The notes under the pieces were generated by a model. The model worked only from the letters and a program-made list of their open reading frames with translations. It searched no databases and was not told the DNA's origin. A stretch of DNA of 38,335 nucleotides from Chthoniobacteraceae bacterium (GTDB taxonomy: Bacteria; Verrucomicrobiota; Verrucomicrobiia; Chthoniobacterales; Chthoniobacteraceae): positions 1 through 38,335 of the forward strand of contig JBEBGD010000048.1 in assembly GCA_040081625.1 (NCBI GenBank), written 5' to 3'. The position numbers and the translations under genes are program-made. Of the stretch, positions 34,470-38,335 are shown in pieces; within the stretch, counting starts at the first letter, position 1; each line of letters opens with the position of its first letter.

Positions 34470-36698
34470 CTAGTAATCTTCTTCGTCTGCTGAGCGCGGC
34501 TTGAGGCCCTGGGCGGTGCCGCCATTGGCAGTCACCGGTGCGGGCACAGGCGACTGTTGCGGCTCCGGCGCTGGCTTCGCGGCACGGCGCGGCGCGGCGG
34601 GCGTGGCAGGAGCCTTGGCGGGCTTGGCGTCGCGGACGGGCTTGGCGTAGTAGTCGTTGTAGGCGCTGTAGTAGCCTTCGTCGTGCTTGGAATCGACGTT
34701 GTTGAGGACGACGCCGATGAGCTTGCCTCCGGCTTGAACCACGGCCTGCTTGACGCGCTGGAGCATGGCGCGCGGGAAGCGGCGATGCTGGATGACCATG
34801 ATCGTGATCTCGCACTCGCTCGAGAGCACGGAGCCGTCGCTGACGCCGAGGATGGGCGGCGCGTCGAAGAAGACGAGGTCGTATTGGGTCTTCACCTTGG
34901 CGATGAACTCGACCATGCGCTGTGAGTTGAGGATGCCGACGGAGTTCTCCGGCAGGCGACCGCTCGGGATGAAGGAGAGGTTGTCGAGCTTGGTCGGGCG
35001 CGTGATTTCGTCGATCGTCGCTTCGCCCTTGAGGTAATCGACGAGGCCGTGCTTGTGATCGATGTCGAAGAACCGGTGCTGGCTCGGGCGGCGCAAATCG
35101 GCGTCGATGACGAGCACGTGGTAGCCGCCTTGCGCGCAGACGAAGGCGAGGTTGTTGAGCGTCGTGGACTTGCCCTCGCCGGGACCGCCGCTGACCACGG
35201 TGATGGTGTTGGCGTTGCGGGTCGGCTTGTTGAATTCCACGTTCGCCCGCATGATGCGGTAGATCTCCGCGTCGGCGGTGTCGCCCTCGGTGTTCATGAG
35301 GACGTGGACGTTCTTGGGCACCACGGCGAGCACCGGGACCTGGAGGTGTTTCTCGACGTCCTCGATGGTCTTCACGCTGGTATCGAGATACTCGATGAAG
35401 AAGGCGAGGCCGATGCCGACGATGGCGCCGACGACCGCGGCGATGAAGATGATCATCGCGACGTTCGGGCGCGCCCAGTAGGAGGACTTCTCGGCGCGCT
35501 CCCAGATCTTGGACGGGTCGAAGTCGATCCGGCGGTCGATCTGCTCGGTGCTGAGTTTGATCTGCGCTGCGTCGTGGATCTTCTTGGCCTGGATGTAGCG
35601 CGTCTTGGCCTCGACGTAAGCGGACATCATTTTCTTGTCCTCGATGTTCAGCTTCTGGGCTTCGGTGAACCTGATCTCGAGGTCGCCCAGCACGCCTTGC
35701 TCGATCTCGAGCTGGGTCGCCTGGTTGCGGCGCACGCTTTCGAGCTGGTCGGCGAGGGTCTTGAGATAGACCTCTTTCTGCGAGCGCACGGCCTTGAGCT
35801 GCGGATGGTTTTCGCCCAGTCCTCCGGCGGCGAGTTCGGCCTCCTTGGCGGTCGCATCCTGGAGGCTCTGGACCATGCGATTTACGGTCTGGTCCTCGAT
35901 GTTGAGCGTGCGGAGAACCTCGCGCAGTTCCTCCGGCTTCATCCGGGTGATCGCATCGAATTGCCCCTTGAGCTGAGTGACACGCAGACGCTTCTCGTTG
36001 ATCTGTTTTTCCAGCTCCGGGATGTCCCGATCCTTCCGGTTGATGATGGCGGTCGCGCTCTCCGGGTCCTGATCCACGATATTGTCGCGCTCGCGCACCT
36101 TGGCCATCTCGATGGCCGAATCATCGACGACCTTGCGCTGGCGATCGAGCTCGTCCTTGAGCTGGGAGAGTGCGCGCTCCATGCCGTCCTGCAACTGCTT
36201 GAGGCGCGTTTCGCGATAGATGACCGCGACGGTATTCGCGATGTTCGCAGCCTCCTGTGCGTCGGTGCTGTAGATGCCGATCTCGATGAGGCCGGTATTG
36301 CGGACCTCGCGGAGTTCCATCATCCGCACCAGTTTCATGTAGGCGTTCTCCGCGGTCATCTTGCGGCCTTCGGAGGACCACGTCTCGACCAGCTTCAGGC
36401 TGTCGATGACCGGATAGAGGATCTCCTTTTTCTGAAGGATCTGAAACTGCGTGGGGACGAACATCGGGTCCATGCCGCCGCGACCGCCGCCGCCAAAGAC
36501 GCCGCCACCGAGCGGGCCGCTGTTGTCGGGCCGCACCTCCATCGTCACCTTCGAGAAGAACTCACGCGGCAAAAAGTAGGTTGTTACCCCTGCTGTGACC
36601 ATGACCAGGAGGAAGGTGAGCACGACCAGGCCGGCACGGACCTTGATGGTGCGCCAGTAGTCGAGGAAGTGCAGTTTGACCTCACTAGTATCGTTCAT
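34470..36698 (-). CDS. wzc: Wzc/GumC-type polysaccharide co-polymerase tyrosine autokinase
   Basis: Two TM segments flanking a coiled-coil. Walker A GPGEGKS, DADLRRP, FFDAPP and a C-terminal Tyr cluster YYSAYNDYY. Start at ATG 36698. Confidence 0.92.
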   Translation of the reverse strand: MNDTSEVKLHFLDYWRTIKVRAGLVVLTFLLVMVTAGVTTYFLPREFFSKVTMEVRPDNSGPLGGGVFGGGGRGGMDPMFVPTQFQILQKKEILYPVIDSLKLVETWSSEGRKMTAENAYMKLVRMMELREVRNTGLIEIGIYSTDAQEAANIANTVAVIYRETRLKQLQDGMERALSQLKDELDRQRKVVDDSAIEMAKVRERDNIVDQDPESATAIINRKDRDIPELEKQINEKRLRVTQLKGQFDAITRMKPEELREVLRTLNIEDQTVNRMVQSLQDATAKEAELAAGGLGENHPQLKAVRSQKEVYLKTLADQLESVRRNQATQLEIEQGVLGDLEIRFTEAQKLNIEDKKMMSAYVEAKTRYIQAKKIHDAAQIKLSTEQIDRRIDFDPSKIWERAEKSSYWARPNVAMIIFIAAVVGAIVGIGLAFFIEYLDTSVKTIEDVEKHLQVPVLAVVPKNVHVLMNTEGDTADAEIYRIMRANVEFNKPTRNANTITVVSGGPGEGKSTTLNNLAFVCAQGGYHVLVIDADLRRPSQHRFFDIDHKHGLVDYLKGEATIDEITRPTKLDNLSFIPSGRLPENSVGILNSQRMVEFIAKVKTQYDLVFFDAPPILGVSDGSVLSSECEITIMVIQHRRFPRAMLQRVKQAVVQAGGKLIGVVLNNVDSKHDEGYYSAYNDYYAKPVRDAKPAKAPATPAAPRRAAKPAPEPQQSPVPAPVTANGGTAQGLKPRSADEEDY

Positions 36699-36806
36699 AG
36701 GTGGAGTAGTTCGTGGCTGGGAGCAGGCTAAGAGAGCATTCGGCGTCGCCATCGGCAACGGGCAAGGGTTGAAAACGTGTCATGGCGTCGCACACGGACG
36801 GGTTGC

Positions 36807-38335
36807 TCAAAAGTTGTATTGGCCGGCCAGGGTGACGCGGGAGCGGTAGTAGTCGGAGTTGGGAGCGTTGGTGTTCGAGAGGTTGAACACGTAGCTGCCG
36901 CTGAGGCTGAACTGGCGCGTCCACTCGTATTGCAAGCCCAGCGTCGCCTCGAAGTTATCGACCACGTTGTCCGTATCCGAGCCTTTGGTCGTGGAGATCT
37001 CGTGGACGAGGTTCACCCCCAGGTTGCCGTGAAGTCTCGGACTGAACGCGTAGTTGTAGCCGATCGTGCCGCGATAGACGAGCCGCTCCTGGTTCGGCGA
37101 GCCCGGTTCCTCGAAGCCGAAGCGGTTGTTCCACGTCACCGAGGAGCGCGCCGTCGAGCGATACATCACCGAAGACTCGACGTAAGGCGCGACCTGCGTG
37201 TCGCCGAGTTCAAAGCTCTTCACCGCGCCGCCGAAGCGCATGCTGCCGCTGAGCCGCGGGCTGAGGATGAATTCCGAGCCGACCAGGAAATACTGAGTCG
37301 TCGAATCGAGGTCCGTGCGGTTGAGGTAGGTCGTCATCCCATACCGCAGTTCCGCGAGCAACGTCCACCGCGGCTTCCACAGGTAGCGCCCCTCGAGCCC
37401 GAAGGTCACCTCATCGAAGTCGCCCGTCTGCTCGGTCATCTCCGTGTAGCGGTTGGCGCTGAAGTTCGTGGTGAATGTCGTCGAGAGCCTCGGGTTGAAG
37501 CGATAGGAAAGATCCAGTCGCGCGAGTCCATTGATCAAATCGCCCTGAATCTGCCGCTCGGGAGTATTCGGGCGCGAAAGATCCGGCTGCGAGATGTAGG
37601 CCGCATTGAGCTGCGCGGTCATCTGGAAGCGCGGCGTCACCCGGTAGAGGTATTTCAAGTCGAAGTTGCCGCTGTATTCATTGGGCTCCTCGTCCTTGTC
37701 GAAGTAGTAGGTGTCGGCGCCGCTGAGGTTGAGGATGAAGAGCGAGCGCCGCGTGTATCGCTGCATCTCGATGCTCAAACCAGCCCGCGCGAACATGCTG
37801 CCCTTCCGCTCCGCGGCCGGAATCACCGTGTCCGCCACATCGATCGGCACCGTCGTGGTGATCGTCTCAAACACCGGCCGTCGCAGACCGCCCGAGCCGA
37901 TCGTCGTGCCGGTCTGCACGACCGTCGTCCGGGTCTCCGTCGGCTGCACCGTCACGGTCGCTCCCGTCTCGTCCACGATCTGCGAGAGGCCGGGGAGAAT
38001 TGTCGGCGTGTTATTGCTCGGCGTGGCGAAAACATTGTCGTCGTAGCCAAACCCGAACGTCGAGCTCATGCGGAACTTGGGCCGTGCAAGCCGTCCGCTG
38101 CCGCCGAAAAATGTCGTCGAACCCTGCCCGTAAAACCCCGGCACCGTGAAGCTCGGCGGCGTCTCCTTCGGCCCGTAGGATGGCAGGCTGAACGCCGATC
38201 CAGCGTCCGTCGTCCCTGTCTCACCACCCGGCACGACCGCCGTCTCGGGCGTCGGCGTCGGCGGCTCGCTGCTGAAAACATTGAAGTTCGAACTGCTCCC
38301 CGTCCCGCCGCTCGTGCCGCTGCCGATGGCTGAGC
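36807..38335 (-). CDS. outer-membrane beta-barrel protein of the polysaccharide export locus (5'-partial)
   Basis: Frame is open to the window edge. GYDDNV motif, alternating amphipathic strands and a C-terminal YNF barrel signal. Confidence 0.8.
   Translation of the reverse strand, partial: SAIGSGTSGGTGSSSNFNVFSSEPPTPTPETAVVPGGETGTTDAGSAFSLPSYGPKETPPSFTVPGFYGQGSTTFFGGSGRLARPKFRMSSTFGFGYDDNVFATPSNNTPTILPGLSQIVDETGATVTVQPTETRTTVVQTGTTIGSGGLRRPVFETITTTVPIDVADTVIPAAERKGSMFARAGLSIEMQRYTRRSLFILNLSGADTYYFDKDEEPNEYSGNFDLKYLYRVTPRFQMTAQLNAAYISQPDLSRPNTPERQIQGDLINGLARLDLSYRFNPRLSTTFTTNFSANRYTEMTEQTGDFDEVTFGLEGRYLWKPRWTLLAELRYGMTTYLNRTDLDSTTQYFLVGSEFILSPRLSGSMRFGGAVKSFELGDTQVAPYVESSVMYRSTARSSVTWNNRFGFEEPGSPNQERLVYRGTIGYNYAFSPRLHGNLGVNLVHEISTTKGSDTDNVVDNFEATLGLQYEWTRQFSLSGSYVFNLSNTNAPNSDYYRSRVTLAGQYNF

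Overview
GC-rich bacterial chromosomal window, probably PVC superphylum. Verrucomicrobiota-like is an inference from the DUF1501 + PSD1/cytochrome pair, the PVC-type CxxCH dehydrogenase, the Tat-exported Gfo/Idh/MocA and the Wzc style. Left to right: (1) a small accessory islet (orphan lipoprotein preceded by a recombination-site-like motif, then a toxin-first PIN/antitoxin pair); (2) a PVC-type heme-binding dehydrogenase divergent from a PAS-AraC regulator, followed by a 39-codon amidohydrolase remnant; (3) a sodium:solute symporter divergent from a coupled operon of HpcH aldolase, two paralogous 4-Cys V4R-like unknown proteins and a secreted Kelch protein; (4) a 184-bp nested palindromic element; (5) DUF1501 + PSD1 cytochrome; (6) four secreted hydrolases (two SGNH, an alpha/beta lipoprotein, a DMFase-beta-like protein); (7) a five-gene overlapping operon of cNMP/degenerate-MinD/patatin protein, PaaK-type ligase, thiolase, FadJ-like enzyme and acyl-CoA dehydrogenase; (8) a Ser/Thr dehydratase, MoeB/rhodanese, a GTAG REP doublet, Gfo/Idh/MocA, a degenerate zincin and pgsA; (9) part of a polysaccharide export locus (short OPX, Wzc, outer-membrane beta-barrel truncated by the window edge). 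The best candidates for undescribed systems are the Cys-rich V4R-like pair in the aldolase/SSS cluster and the sensor-phospholipase/beta-oxidation operon. All family calls come from motif recognition by eye; no searches were run.
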